DNA from: Tubiluchus corallicola
Lineage: Eukaryota; Animalia; Priapulida
Assembly (NCBI GenBank): GCA_030141605.1
Contig: JAQGDQ010000651.1
Span: 55,228 to 119,227, forward strand
DNA: 64,000 nucleotides
Reading direction: 5' to 3'
This document shows, piece by piece, positions 41,990-53,792 of the stretch; positions within the stretch are counted from its first letter, which is position 1, and every line of letters begins with the position of its first letter. Below the pieces are notes generated by a model that saw only the letters and a list, made by a program, of their open reading frames with translations, was not told where the DNA came from and ran no database searches. The position numbers and the translations under genes are program-made.

Positions 41990-42240
41990 ATCTAAATCAC
42001 AATGTAATTGATGGCAACGTTAACTGACGCTGTAATCTTAGATAATCTTGTGTTGTGTCCCCTCCCCCTCTTCTGTAAGAACTCCTTCAAGTGACTTTTG
42101 AGAGCATTAACATTGGGAGAGTTCACCGCTTCCTTAGTTAAGCGGTTCAAGGTAGTAATAACCCTCTGGCTGGAACTGGATAACCCTCTTTTTTGGATTG
42201 ACATTTTGTTGTGCTGTCATCACTAGCAGTAAACAGTAAA
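41990..42240 (-). mobile_element. CR1 LINE 3' end fragment
   Basis: SQRVITTLNRLTKEAVNSPNVNALKSHL. Confidence 0.65.
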
Positions 42241-42579
42241 CAATTTAAATTTAGTCCTTGAGAGAAAGTGTTTGTGGTGAGGTTTGTGTTGTGTTTTGGA
42301 CAATTGTACCGACTACCGATTTTAGCTCATTTATTCAAGTCCAGAATTACCTCCTGATAAGAAGTTTATTTTTTAACAACAGTTCCTGAGCTTGATGTAA
42401 AACAAACTGAGTTGCGATAATTAAGCTAGAGTTATATATGTTAGCTGAACAAGAGATTAGGTAATTTAATCCCTGTGAGTATAATAATATATGTCATCTT
42501 TATTCACACATAATGACTGCATTGCATGTAATATATATAATAGGGTAAGTAATGCTATTTACATTGGTATATACATTGT

Positions 42580-44950
42580 GTTGTTAGTAGCAAATACAGC
42601 ATTTCATTAATATCATTAACTGTGAAACCTTCAATTACATATTCATTATGCAAACTCCAGGACAGAATGTACGCTATTATGTCGACAGGTCTATAAGCAT
42701 AAGTATGGTGGTTCACGTGTGCTAATACGGTTTCTGCCGAGTATACTTGTACTAGTATGGTTATTTAATACAACCAATGAGCAAAGAACTAGATTAACAG
42801 ATAAATTTATGTTACAATAGAGCTTCAAAATTAGCTTATGGAAGAGTATATCTAGAAGAAATGTATCAGCAATACACAATGTCATGCTGGATTGAGAATC
42901 TGCAAGTTTAAGATTCGCCTCAATGCTTTTCTATATTCAGTAAATAACGTCGACCTACAGTTCTTTGATAAGTCGTTAATTGAACATCCATAGAAGGAGC
43001 AGCAGTAAGCATGAAACAATTTAAACATTACTCGTTTATCTGTTACTAACTTAAAGGAACACAAAATAGCGTTAACAGACGAAATAAAATCTTTTTACAT
43101 CTTACAACATCACTAATTTCATTAAGGTTCGTTGTTAGTTTGTGACCCAGATGACCCACTTCATCGGTCCAATTTAACGCTGTACCATTAGCTTTAATTC
43201 TAGGTAAGTTAATTAAGCTCTGGCTGGTAGTAAATAAAATACACTTTGTTTTACTGGAGTTAAGAATCACATCATGCTGATCAGCATACTGGATGCATAT
43301 ACTGACCATTGATTTAACGCAGGTCGCAGACGGTTACATCATCCGCATACTCTAGAACTCCAGTGAAACTGTTCAGCAAGTGACATCCAAGCCTTTGCTC
43401 ACCAAGAGACATAAGCAAGTCACCTATACATATGGTGAACAAAATTCCAGACAGAACACTACCTTGGCGTATTCCATTGGTTGTCGTAAAAGAGAATGAC
43501 TTAGTATTGTTCCACTGAATAGATACGTTTTGATTTAAATAAGTACGTAACATTAAAGCAAGAACGTGATTTGGAAGATTACAGTTTTCTTTCAGTTTTG
43601 AAAACAGCTTTACAATGTTTACGCGGTCAAACGCTTTTGAAAAGTCGATAAGGCAGCAGTACACGTGCGAATTTTTGACCATATAACAGCTTGCAGTTTC
43701 TTTCAACATTAATGTACAAAGATCTGCACAAAGAGCTACAGAGCAGCTTTTCTTGTAGGCAAATCGCAGCTTTTAAAATTGTCTCGAAATTTATTATGGA
43801 TGATTCAGTCTACGAGTTTCCATAAGCATGACGTCAGGGCAATACCTCTGTAGTTTGATTTTTCATTTAGCTTCTTACGGGGATCTTTTACTCTAAGCGT
43901 GATGGTCACACAGGTACTTGCTCTGGACAATAGCCATGTCATAGCATAGCAATCACCAGGAATGTTAAATGAATGTTTAACATTCTTGAACCATTTATAA
44001 CATGATCGCTGGACAGACCTAGCGAGCTGTTCAGTTTGCCTGGTTTGAGCTTAGAGACAACAGAAGTTATGTCACTTATTGGTACTGAAAATTCATTGCA
44101 CTGTTCTTCTCCGTAGCGTAGTTTGTTACATAAATTGTTTATTTCTTCATAGCTTGTGCCAACGCTGTTATATAATGTCTAGTAACCACGAGCAATGTCA
44201 TTAGCGATATCTTTTGGATTATCTTTGCCATCAATACTATTACTAACAGTTTTATTACGTAGTTTTTGATTTCTTCCCAGAAACGTCTTGTGTTACATTC
44301 AGTAAGCGCGGTAGCCATATTCTGGTTTCGTGTTGTAGTTTGGTTCTTGTTAATGTGTCGTATAGCACGACGATATATGAGACGTGTGTTTTTCCTTAGG
44401 GTGGCGATAACACCCTCTTTTGGTCTGCCATTAGTGCACCAAAGCTGATGCCAATAAAGAGCTTGCCATCGGAGATGCTCTACATACTGATTCCAAACAG
44501 CTATGCGAGGGCGGACGTCTTTAGTGTTCATCAGTGTTGTTGTTGGTATGACTGTTTGCTGGCTGCCAGACAGGAATGTATAACGGAACCACAATAACTA
44601 TTTTTTGTATCAATACAATTGCAAGTACTGATATCTGTACAACGTACTGCACTGATGCCTACATGTTGATTAATCTCTGAGAGGTTGTTGTCTAGTAGAG
44701 TTCTGTTTTGGAACTCTTTATTTCAACAGCAGATAATCTATTACAATTCCAGTTAATCGGTGTAATATGCCCGCTTAATTGCTTTTTCCATATGATCCCG
44801 CCATAGGGTCTTCCAAGGAGTATTTGATCATTGTTCATGCAGCTTGAGCCAGTAAATTCGTATTCATCACTACACACATTTAGTTTTGATAGTTCATTAT
44901 TGTGAAGCCATGCTCTTGTACAAGGCACATGTCGGCATTTAAAGCACAAG
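42580..44950 (-). mobile_element. Degenerate APE-type non-LTR retrotransposon (same family as 1600-3400)
   Basis: LLGRPYGG, ALYWHQLW..NGRP, DFSKAFDRVN, GIRQGSVLSG.LF, YADD, HLGH, CSFYGC in broken ORFs. Confidence 0.9.
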
Positions 44951-46199
44951 AAAACCCTCCACTTACATAAAGCTTAAGAAAATTTCGATGCATGGTGTGA
45001 CAAACCATCTATTATTTACGATATTTTTGTTTACTTGTTTGTCACCTTTTCATTTCACAGTCAAGTTCTTTATAGTGATAGCGGTAGCACTTGCTAGTGT
45101 AATTTGCTTACATTAAATTAGTCACTATAGTAGTACTGTATTGTTAGCGTAATTAGTGTAGTAGTGTAGGAGTCCTACTAACACCCCCCTCGTCATGTGG
45201 TTGTGTTCTGCAATACCTGCAATAGTCGCGGCTTATTTCAAATGTGTGAAACCCGTACAGGTATGAAGTGTACATGATACATACGTTACAGCTATAGTCT
45301 GAGACGTGCAACCTGGCAGTCAGTCGGCCGTTGTTGAAAGGCCTAGGTCACGTAAAATGACCATCGTCTGATTTTCACATGTCTGTGAAAAGACAGTCAA
45401 AAATGTCGAATAGCATCGTCGATGTTATAGTGCAGTAGACGTCACTATTTCTTTTGTCAACAGCCATTGCTTACAGTGCTAACGGGTCTTTGTCGAGTAC
45501 GTTGTCTTGATTTGATGAGGTGGTTACCGTTACCGTCATTGTCTGAGGATTCGTTCAAACCTGAAGTCACGCTAAAGTTCATGGTGGACAGTCCATTGTT
45601 GGTAGAGCAAACCATAGTTGGTAAATCCATGGATGTTACCCCACAGGTTAGCAGCTGCAGTTTCACACAATGTTCATGGAGTGTCTGGTAAGACAAGACT
45701 TTTGTACTTTTGCTCAGCGTTTGCTAGCTAGCATAATTCCGTTTCTATATGGTCATCGTTGGATTGCCGTCATCGAGAGTGCGTCATCATTTGCACGTGC
45801 TACCCCCACTAACACCTCCCTTCTCTATTATTAGACTAGAGAATATATTTGCTGTACTGTGATTAATTGTTATTGTTAACTATTTCTTTTCTCCTGGTTA
45901 AAGTAGTAATCAATTAAATTTTGTTATATACAGCTTAATAGTTGGTTTGGTATTCTATCTACCATCGAATATTACTAGCTCATTAAGACTCCTAGGCTCG
46001 GGTTCCGCGTGCCCCCGTATGAAACAACAAAGCCTTAGCCCGACTCCAGGATTCTAATAGTAAATTATCTAACTCTATGGAACCCCAGAACCATGTATTA
46101 CACCTCGTCTATAGGGCGGTCGTGCCTGCCTTTCATGACATTGAGACTCAGAGCACGTAACTTATAGACATGGCGTCACACATGGCTTGCATCGGTCGA

Positions 46200-46335
46200 A
46201 ACGCTGTATAAAACGTGTAATTTAAACTCCTGCGATGACCGTTAGGCTCAGCCATTTTAATGGTAGGTCGTTTGAAACAAGTTTTGATAACATGAAGTGA
46301 AGTTTAAAAAAATAATCAGAGCAATCGTAGCATAC
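46200..46335 (+). repeat. Repeat family A, left half (split by the SINE/RTE insertion)
   Basis: Matches the reverse complement of about 5360-5485 up to CGTAGCATAC. The homology resumes at about 50951. Confidence 0.8.
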
Positions 46336-46898
46336 GTTGTTGTTGGCATCCTTCTGTCTCGGAAGACAATGGACTGTGCGCCAAGAGAGTCAGTTATTGA
46401 TCACATTGATGGAGCATCAGCATCGACTGTGGCTGGGCTGTCCGATCCTTGAACCAACTGGAGTGGCTTCTCCAAGACGCACGCCTGGGCAAGGTGTATT
46501 GAAATCCTGAGTTGCCCAGACAACAGGAACCCCTTCTCTTCCTCCCTGGTGTAGTCCAAAAGAAAGCGGAGTGATACGTTTGGCACCAGGTTGGCTGCAG
46601 GAGCTGCCAGAGTCAGTGAGCATGCTGCACTGGTCCGCCTTCGGGGCTCCACTCCTGATTTGGAAGGTTTACTCCTTTACACATGACCGTTGTGTCACTT
46701 GACCTCCTCTGCCCACTAGCCGTTGGCTGCTTGTGCAGCTCCTCCGCCTAGTGTCGAAATACAGTGTGGGCATCCCTCAGGCCTACAGCACCTGGAATTC
46801 CTAGGCGGTCACCCATCCAAGTACTAACCAGGCTCTATGTTGCTTAACTTCGGTGATCAGACGAGAACCGGTGTTTTCAACGTGATATAGTAGCCGTA
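46336..46898 (-). mobile_element. 5S-rRNA-derived SINE (SINE3) with bipartite RTE-derived body and tail
   Basis: Minus strand: 5S head (46781-46898), body homologous to the RTE 5' UTR (46468-46659 vs 47246-47438), and tail GGCGCACAGTCCATTGTCTTCCGAGACAGAAGGATGC(CAA)n homologous to the RTE 3' end at 50898-50937. Confidence 0.85.
46781..46898 (-). pseudogene. 5S rRNA-derived sequence (SINE head)
   Basis: TCACGTTGAAAACACCGGTTCTCGTCTGATCACCGAAGTTAAGCAACATAGAGCCTGGTTAGTACTTGGATGGGTGACCGCCTAGGAATTCCAGGTGCTGTAGGC matches metazoan 5S. A and C boxes recognisable; no oligo-T terminator follows. Confidence 0.93.
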
Positions 46899-46993
46899 TC
46901 TGTAGTCAAAATGGTCTATTGATGCGCAACTGGCTAGGCTGTATTGGCCGAAAAGGAAGCAGATTGCGTCAGTCTTCCCTGCCCCACACTTCA

Positions 46994-47088
46994 GTGTGTG
47001 ATAGCCTCTCATAGACAAGTCCTACACAGTGCCTCCCCGTGGCGACATACGGGCAACTGGGTACCTTGCGCCCCCAGGCTGAACTGTG
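46994..47088 (+). ncRNA. HDV-like self-cleaving ribozyme in the RTE 5' UTR
   Basis: P1 GTGTGT(G)/(G)ACATAC, P2 CACAGT/ACTGTG, P3 GCC/GGC, L3 TCCCCGT (TYCHCGY consensus), P1.1 GG 47051-47052, P4 CTGGG/CCCAG, J4/2 CTGA (CNRA; catalytic C47079). Confidence 0.8.
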
Positions 47089-47734
47089 AGGGCTCGGAGG
47101 AGGTCAGCCCCAAGAGGTGCGGTATGCAGGCCCGCCGGCGTGCGGACATGCCCTGGTACCCACTAACTTGACCCCCAGCTATGGGCAAATAGCCTCACTG
47201 CCTTGTGAGTATGCACTAGGCTAAAGGGAACAACCCCGACAGAAATATCGGAGTGGAGCCCCGTAGGCAGGGTGACAAGATTACCGATCATCTTCCTGGC
47301 AACTCCTGCAACCAAGCTGATGCCAGATGTATTGCTCTGCATTCCTCTGGACAACATCAGGGCGGTCAAGAGGGGGGTCTTGACGTTCGGGCAGCCCAGG
47401 ATCTCCATAGTTTTCGCCCAGGCATTGCGTCATGGAGAGGACACTCCATCTTTGTGTCACACATAAAGGCACAACACGGGAGGCAGCAGTTACGGGTTAT
47501 AAGCCCACGCTCATTTGGCGAAGAGTAGGGCGCCACGGGTTGTCTCCGACGGTGGGAGGGGTATTCGAGCCCCACTGATCAGCTACCGTCCGCCTTAAGT
47601 TGGGCAGCCCCCAGCCAATTAGGTGTTGATCCACCACGGTCTGTCTGCTTCTTGGGGGTGCAAGGAGCTTATGATGTACGTCAGACAAGCAGACTGAAAA
47701 CAGTTCACCCAGGAAAATAAACAGGAAAAAGAAG

Positions 47735-50700
47735 TTGCCAGCACTTCGAATAGCAAGCTGGAACGTAAGAACAATGATGCCAGGACTATCAAGCGATCTT
47801 CAACAGATCAGCGACACACGCAAAACAGCTATGATTGACTCCAAACTAGAGAGGCTCAATGTAGACATAGCAGCCCTCCAAGAGACAACACTGGCTGATG
47901 ATGGAACATTACAGGAGAAAAACTATACGTTCTTCTGGCAAGGAAAGGGACAAGATGAGCGGCGTGATCATGGAGTGGGATTTGCAGTTAAGACATCACT
48001 CATATCAATGGTACAACCACCTTCTGGTGGCACAGAACGTCTACTATGCATCAAAGTAAACTCTGGTACAGGCCCGGTAAATCTCATAGCATGCTATGCC
48101 CCTACCCTCACCTCAAGCCCTGCTGAGAAGGATGCATTCTACGAAGCACTTGATGCTCTGATTGGGAGGCTACCTAAAACAGCTGTACCTACTCGGGGAT
48201 TTGAACGCCAGAGTGGGTGCCTTGCACGATAATTGGCCACAATGTATTGGACACCATGGAGTAGGCAAACTAAATGAAAATGGACAAAGGCTGCTTGAAC
48301 TCTGCTGCAACCGACTGCTCTGCATTACAAATACCTACTTTCCAAACAAGGACAGGCATAAAGTTTCATGGATGCATCCACGCTCCCAACATTGGCACCA
48401 ACTGGATCTCATCATCACAAAAAGAGCTAACCTACTGAATGTACACAACACAAGAAGTTATCATAGTGCAGACTGTGACACCGATCACTCCATTGTCATC
48501 AGCAGAATTGTGTTGAATCCTCGGACAGTTCATTATGCCAAGCCAAAAGGTTTGCCCAAGATAAACACTGCTCGTACAAAGGATGCACAGAGAACAAGCC
48601 ACTTTGTCGCATCTGTAAGCACTATCCCCGGCACTGATGAAGACACGTCAGCAGAAGCCAGATGGTCATTTCTTAGCAAAAAGATCCATGCCTACGCCAT
48701 TGATTCATATGGCAAAAAAACAAAACCGAACAAAGACTGGTTCGAAGCAAATCTACAAACACTGGAGCCGCTTATCGAAGCCACAAGACAAGCTCTGATC
48801 AAGTGGAAACAGCATCCCACACACGAAAATCTCAGACTTCTACGCAAAGCCAGAGCTGAAAGCCAGGAAATGGCAAGGGTATGTGCAAACAACTACTGGC
48901 TGGACTTGTGCGACAAGATTGAACAGGCATCCTCAACTGGCAACATAAGAGCCATGTATGAAGGTATCAAGCAAGCCACTGGTCCAACTACAAAGAAAAC
49001 AGCCCCCTCAAGTCCAAAGAAGGAAATATAATCACTGATCGCAGCAAGCAGATGGAAAGATGGGTTGAGCACTACCTAGAGCTCTACTCAACTGAAAACA
49101 CCGTATCTGAAGATGCCCTCAACAGTATTCCCGAGCTCCCAACTATGACTCACCTTGATGCTGAGCCCACTCTCGAAGACCTCGAAAAGGCTATAAATGC
49201 ACTATCAAGTGGTAAGGCACCTGGAAACGATGCAATACCTCCAGAGGTGATAAAAGAAGGAAAATCGGGCCTGCTGCCGCATCTTCATGAGCTACTCTGC
49301 CTATGCTGGAAAGAAGGGAAAGTACCACAGGACATGAGGGACTCCAAGATAGTAACCCTCTACAAAAACAAAGGTGACCGCTCGGACTGCAACAACTACC
49401 GTGGAATATCTCTACTAAGCATTGTAGGCAAGGTGTTCGCACGTGTTATGCTGACGAGACTGCAGGCCCTTGCTGAACGAGTTTATCCAGAGTCTCAGTG
49501 TGGCTTTAGATCAGGCCGCTCAACAATCGACATGATATTCTCTGTGAGACAACTTCAAGAAAAATGCAGGGAACAGCGTCAACCTCTGTACTTAGCTTTT
49601 GTTGACCTCACCAATGCGTTCGACCTGGTCAGCCGCAGCGGATTATTCAGTCTTCTCCAACGTATAGGCTGCCCACCGAAGCTTCTAAGTTTAATCAAGT
49701 CCTTCCACACAGATATGAAAGGAACCGTCAGCTTTGATGGAGATACATCAGAACCTTTTAACATTCACAGCGGTGTAAAGCAAGGATGCGTGCTCGCCCC
49801 CACACTCTTCGGCATCTTCTTCTCTCTCCTCCTGTACCATGCCTTCGACTCTTCATCCGATGGAGTCTACATTCATACCAGACATGATGGCAAGCTCTTT
49901 AACCTAGCCGGACTGAGGGCTAAGTCTAAGATTACACGTGTGCTCCTCAGAGAAATGCTGTTTGCTGATGATGCAGCTCTAGCAAGCCATACCCACGACG
50001 GTCTACAACGCCTTATGGACCGCTTCTCCAATGCTTGCAGAGAGTTTGCCCTCACAATCAGTACCAAGAAGACGGAGATAATGGCTCAGGATTCTCCAAT
50101 ACCCCCCTCCATCTCAATCAACAACTCGCAGCTGGCCACTGTAGACAACTTCAAATACTTGGGCTCGACCATCTCACAGAACCTGTCCCTTGATGCTGAG
50201 ATAAATGCTCGCATTGGAAAAGCAACAGGAGTCATGTCCAAGCTGACAAAGAGAGCTAGGGAAAACAAAAACCTTACTCTCAGCACAAAGTTGAAAGTCT
50301 ACAATGCTTGTGTTATCAGCAACCTCCTATATGGCAGCGAGACATGGGCTACCTACACAAGACAGGAGACCAGACTCAACTCCTACCACATGAGGTGCCT
50401 GCGTCGGCTACTTGACATTAGGTGGGAAGACAGAATTACCAACCGCGAGGTCCTCAGCAAGGCCAAGACAACATCAATCTTTGCTATGCTGAGTCAGAGG
50501 CGTCTACGCTGGGTAGGTCATGTCAGACGCATGGACAAGGGTCGTCTTCCAAAGGATATGCTGTACGGCCAACTCGAGGAAGGCACGCGTCCGACCGGTC
50601 GGCCTCGCCTGAGGTTCTCTGATGTCTGCAAGAGAGACCTCAAAGGCACTCACATAGACGTCAGTTCATGGGAAACCAAGGCAGATGACCGGCCAGCTTG

Positions 50701-50920
50701 GAGACAAGCAGTCAGCGAGGGCATTAAGAAGGCTGAGGAGGACAGGCATGAGAGACAACGTCAAAAGAGACTGGGAAGTAAAGCATCAACTAGTTCTCTC
50801 AATGACCCCGTTTTCACCTGTGGGGACTGCGGCAGAGACTGCCATTCCAGGATCGGGTTCTACAGCCACAGCAGACGCTGCTCCAGCTCCACTTTATGGC
50901 GCAACCCATCGTCTTCATAG
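47735..50920 (+). CDS. RTE ORF: APE endonuclease + reverse transcriptase + C-terminal Cys/His finger (frameshifts at about 48185 and 49005)
   Basis: SWNVRT, LQET, GVGFAV, YAPT, GDLNARVG, LDLI, DTDH; NYRGISLL, QCGFR, GVKQGCVLAPTLF, LFADD, FKYLGS, RRLRWVGHV, C..C..HSRRC. Confidence 0.93.
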
Positions 50921-50950
50921 ACGGACGGAGGCCGACGATAGTAGCCGTAG

Positions 50951-51237
50951 AATACATGCTGCTACTTAAGTAAAATTTTAAATTACTGTATCTTGTCAAT
51001 AAGTTTAAAAAGTTTTTTGGGTCATAATTCAACTTTGCCTTTCCTTCCCCTGATTTACTTGGCGTAGTGACGTGATGTAATGGCGCCGTCGGAACAATAT
51101 TGCGGGAGATTTAAAATGAAAACAAACTAAAATTCCTTTCAACGCGAACACGTGCATAAAGTTGCTGTAAAATACTATAATTTTTAAGGTGATTTTTCTG
51201 AAACCTACTTCAGGTGCCCCTTTCCTTGACCTTCAAG
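50951..51237 (+). repeat. Repeat family A, right half
   Basis: ATACATGCTGCTA..AATGGCGCCGTCGGAAC..GAAACCTA.TTCAG..CCTTCAA matches the reverse complement of 4930-5360. Confidence 0.8.
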
Positions 51238-51891
51238 TCTTTAAAACATACATCTTTGATGAATTTGTGTTTATACGAAGAAAGACCTGCGCAATCATAG
51301 GACATTAGAGCAAGTTTATTTTTTATTAAATTATCCATGGTGATTACGTTTGGTAATGACATCGATGATATAAGTTGATCAGTAATAAATATGAACAGTT
51401 TGGACAATTTAATTGAATGTATCAAAGACTGTTGTTGAAAGGTCTTCAAGATGTTGAGCTGGTGTAGATAGTGGTAATGTTTGTAAAACTTTGTCAGTTA
51501 CAATTGAATAGTAGGATTTGTGAACTGTGTAAAAATAACAAAACTACCCAACCTCAGAAGTCTTATTTTCTATAATACTGCAGTCTTCCAAGCACTATCC
51601 ACAGTAGTCGCACACAAATCTTGATCAGACGTCTTGTTTAGATAAAGTAAATAAACAAAATAAATTATAAAGGGCACACAAGACGACCCATGGCCAGTTC
51701 AATATTAATAAGACGAAAGTATGCAATAGCATTGTGCGAATTTTCACGTAAACAACAAAAGCTATTCTGCAGATTCAATGTCTAATTGCTCTGACTTTAT
51801 AGCTTTTATAGATCAAAACGCTGTGTATGTATCATCACATTCTGCCTATATGAATGGAAGTCGTTATAGTTTATAAAACGCGATCAAAAGT

Positions 51892-52137
51892 ATGAGTAAT
51901 CAAGTAAAGACAACGAAGACTACGCGCTCCGTAAGTGTTGAAGACGTTCTTCTAAGTTTTGGAAGTTTTAACAGATTTCAATTGTGCGTTTTCTTACTGG
52001 CAGGGATGGGTGAAATAGTTTCTGTTTGGCATAACTTGGTACCTGCGTTTTACAATGCACCGTCTGATGAAATAAAGTGTTGCCTTCCGTCTGGTGTGAC
52101 ACTTACTAATGACTCTATTCCTTGGCAGGAAGACAAG
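51892..52137 (+). CDS. SLC22-family organic cation transporter (MFS), exon 1
   Basis: MSNQ..VEDVLLSFGSFNRFQ..C.LP..SIPWQEDK, then AAG|GTTGGT donor. Confidence 0.85.
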
Positions 52138-53059
52138 GTTGGTAGTTTAACAAACTCTACACTCTTGTGCTGCAATTATGCTAACTTGGCGAATGAATTT
52201 TACATTTAATTCATTCATTGAAAAAATGTCATTAAATTTCGTACTGTATGAATAAGTTATTCATGTGCGTGCTTTGTTTGAGAACCTGATTGGTCTTATA
52301 CTGAAGCGCATATTCTACCATTTCTTCAAAAACTCTCTTATAATTATTCTAATATTAATCTAGTTTCCATATACGTAAACATTGTGTCAGTTATTGTGAG
52401 CTAGAGCTAACAAGTGAATTCCATACATTTCAAACTTCTTAAAAGCCAAGTTCAAATTTTCAAATTCAAATATAAATTTTAAAAAGCTGCAAGAAATGAT
52501 CCTACCATCTAAAAACACATTTGGTTACTTCTTTGGATTAAAGAAAAATCCAAAGATTGAAATTCGCATTATGTTACATCGAGTGACTAAAAATATGATG
52601 TTAAAATTAGAATAGAATAAATATAAACTAGAAAACAGAGTCATAAGCTGAAGATTCTGCAATATGTTCTACAAGTGTAATTAAATGTAATGTAATGCAG
52701 TGCAATGCAATATTGCAAAGTAATGCAATGTAGAGTAATGGGTTACATTACACTGCATTACTTAGTCGCTTTTTAAAGATGTATTTTTGTTCTCAGCAAA
52801 ATTCAAGTCACTATCAAACTTCACCCCGAGTACATTGGTAGACGTTTTTGGTTGCAGTGTGATATCGTTTACAGTGACTTCTTGGTTACAATGGCTACCT
52901 GCGTGAAACAGGTGGAATTTGTCAAAAATTGGTTTTCATATGGTTATTAGTACTAACCGAGAGCTGATCTTACACGAGAGGATCTAAACATTTTTAGCTC
53001 CTCTCGTGTTAAATCCAAAGCGTGTAGCGGAAAAATGTTAATGGCAAATGAATAAAAGA

Positions 53060-53630
53060 AGCCAAAGGTTAAAATGCCTGTTAAACTCTGTAACAATCAA
53101 GAAGAAAATCTACAGACAAATTCTTAATAAAGACAGTACTATCTCTTTAGAATTCTACAGACAATACCGGAACACTTTAAACACCACACTAAACAACGCC
53201 ACATGAACACATGAAAAACATGGGACACAATGAAAGAAACTATGAGTAATCGTGTACCAAGCATATTAAACTCAAGGATGAAAATGGCATGTTTGAATCT
53301 AATGGTCAATATGTAGTTGAAAAAGTTTAATATTTATTTTGCAAGTATTAGGCTGGCTCAAAATTGCTAAAGAAAATCACAATTTCTACTGTTTGTTATT
53401 CTGACTATTTAGGAGGAGGTGTTTCACAAATTGTTTTTTCTAAAACCCGTTACACCTGATAACGTCATAACAATTACAAACTCTAAGTATTGTCACTGAC
53501 ATTATACACTTGATTTCTTCACCGTTGAGCCACATATTATCCTTTCGTTTAGTTGTGGCAACCTACCAAATATACTCAAGCAAGCTGCTGTCGTTCCACT
53601 TCATAAAAAGTGAGATGCCACTGGCATTAA
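53060..53630 (+). mobile_element. CR1/L2-group LINE fragment in SLC22 intron 1
   Basis: EKFNIYFASI and SFSCGNLPNILKQAAVVPLHKK motifs. Confidence 0.6.
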
Positions 53631-53792
53631 TATTTTGTTATTTGCGGTTAACGGTAAAAACCTCGTGGCAGGCTTGTATTTTCTGTTGAATTTAAATTGG
53701 ATTTTAAATAAAGATTATTGTTGTTGTTCTTCTTCTTCTTCTTTTTCTTATTATTATTATTATACGTTCATACCGTTTCTGCTTTATTATAG

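Larger units (their letters stand above)
46899..50937 (+). mobile_element. Near full-length RTE-clade non-LTR retrotransposon
   Basis: About 840-nt 5' UTR, single APE+RT ORF with two frameshifts, short 3' end. Perfect 12-bp TSD ATAGTAGCCGTA at 46887-46898 and 50938-50949. Confidence 0.93.

Noticed and set aside
45985-46075. Second HDV-like ribozyme (GGT TCCGCGT GCC)
   Set aside because: L3 deviates from consensus, and no P1.1 GG, P1 or P2 partner could be found.
46781-46898. Functional 5S rRNA gene
   Set aside because: Single copy with substitutions, altered 5' end, no oligo-T terminator, and fused to RTE-derived sequence. Better explained as a SINE head.
46401-47688. Short GC-rich ORFs in both strands of the SINE and RTE UTR
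   Set aside because: They overlap structured non-coding sequence, have no protein motifs, and are expected by chance at this GC content.
46326-50955. One 4.6 kb element with terminal inverted repeats bounded by CGTAG(C/A)ATAC
   Set aside because: A perfect internal 12-bp TSD (46887-46898 / 50938-50949) resolves it into an RTE nested in a SINE. The imperfect outer duplication fits the SINE.
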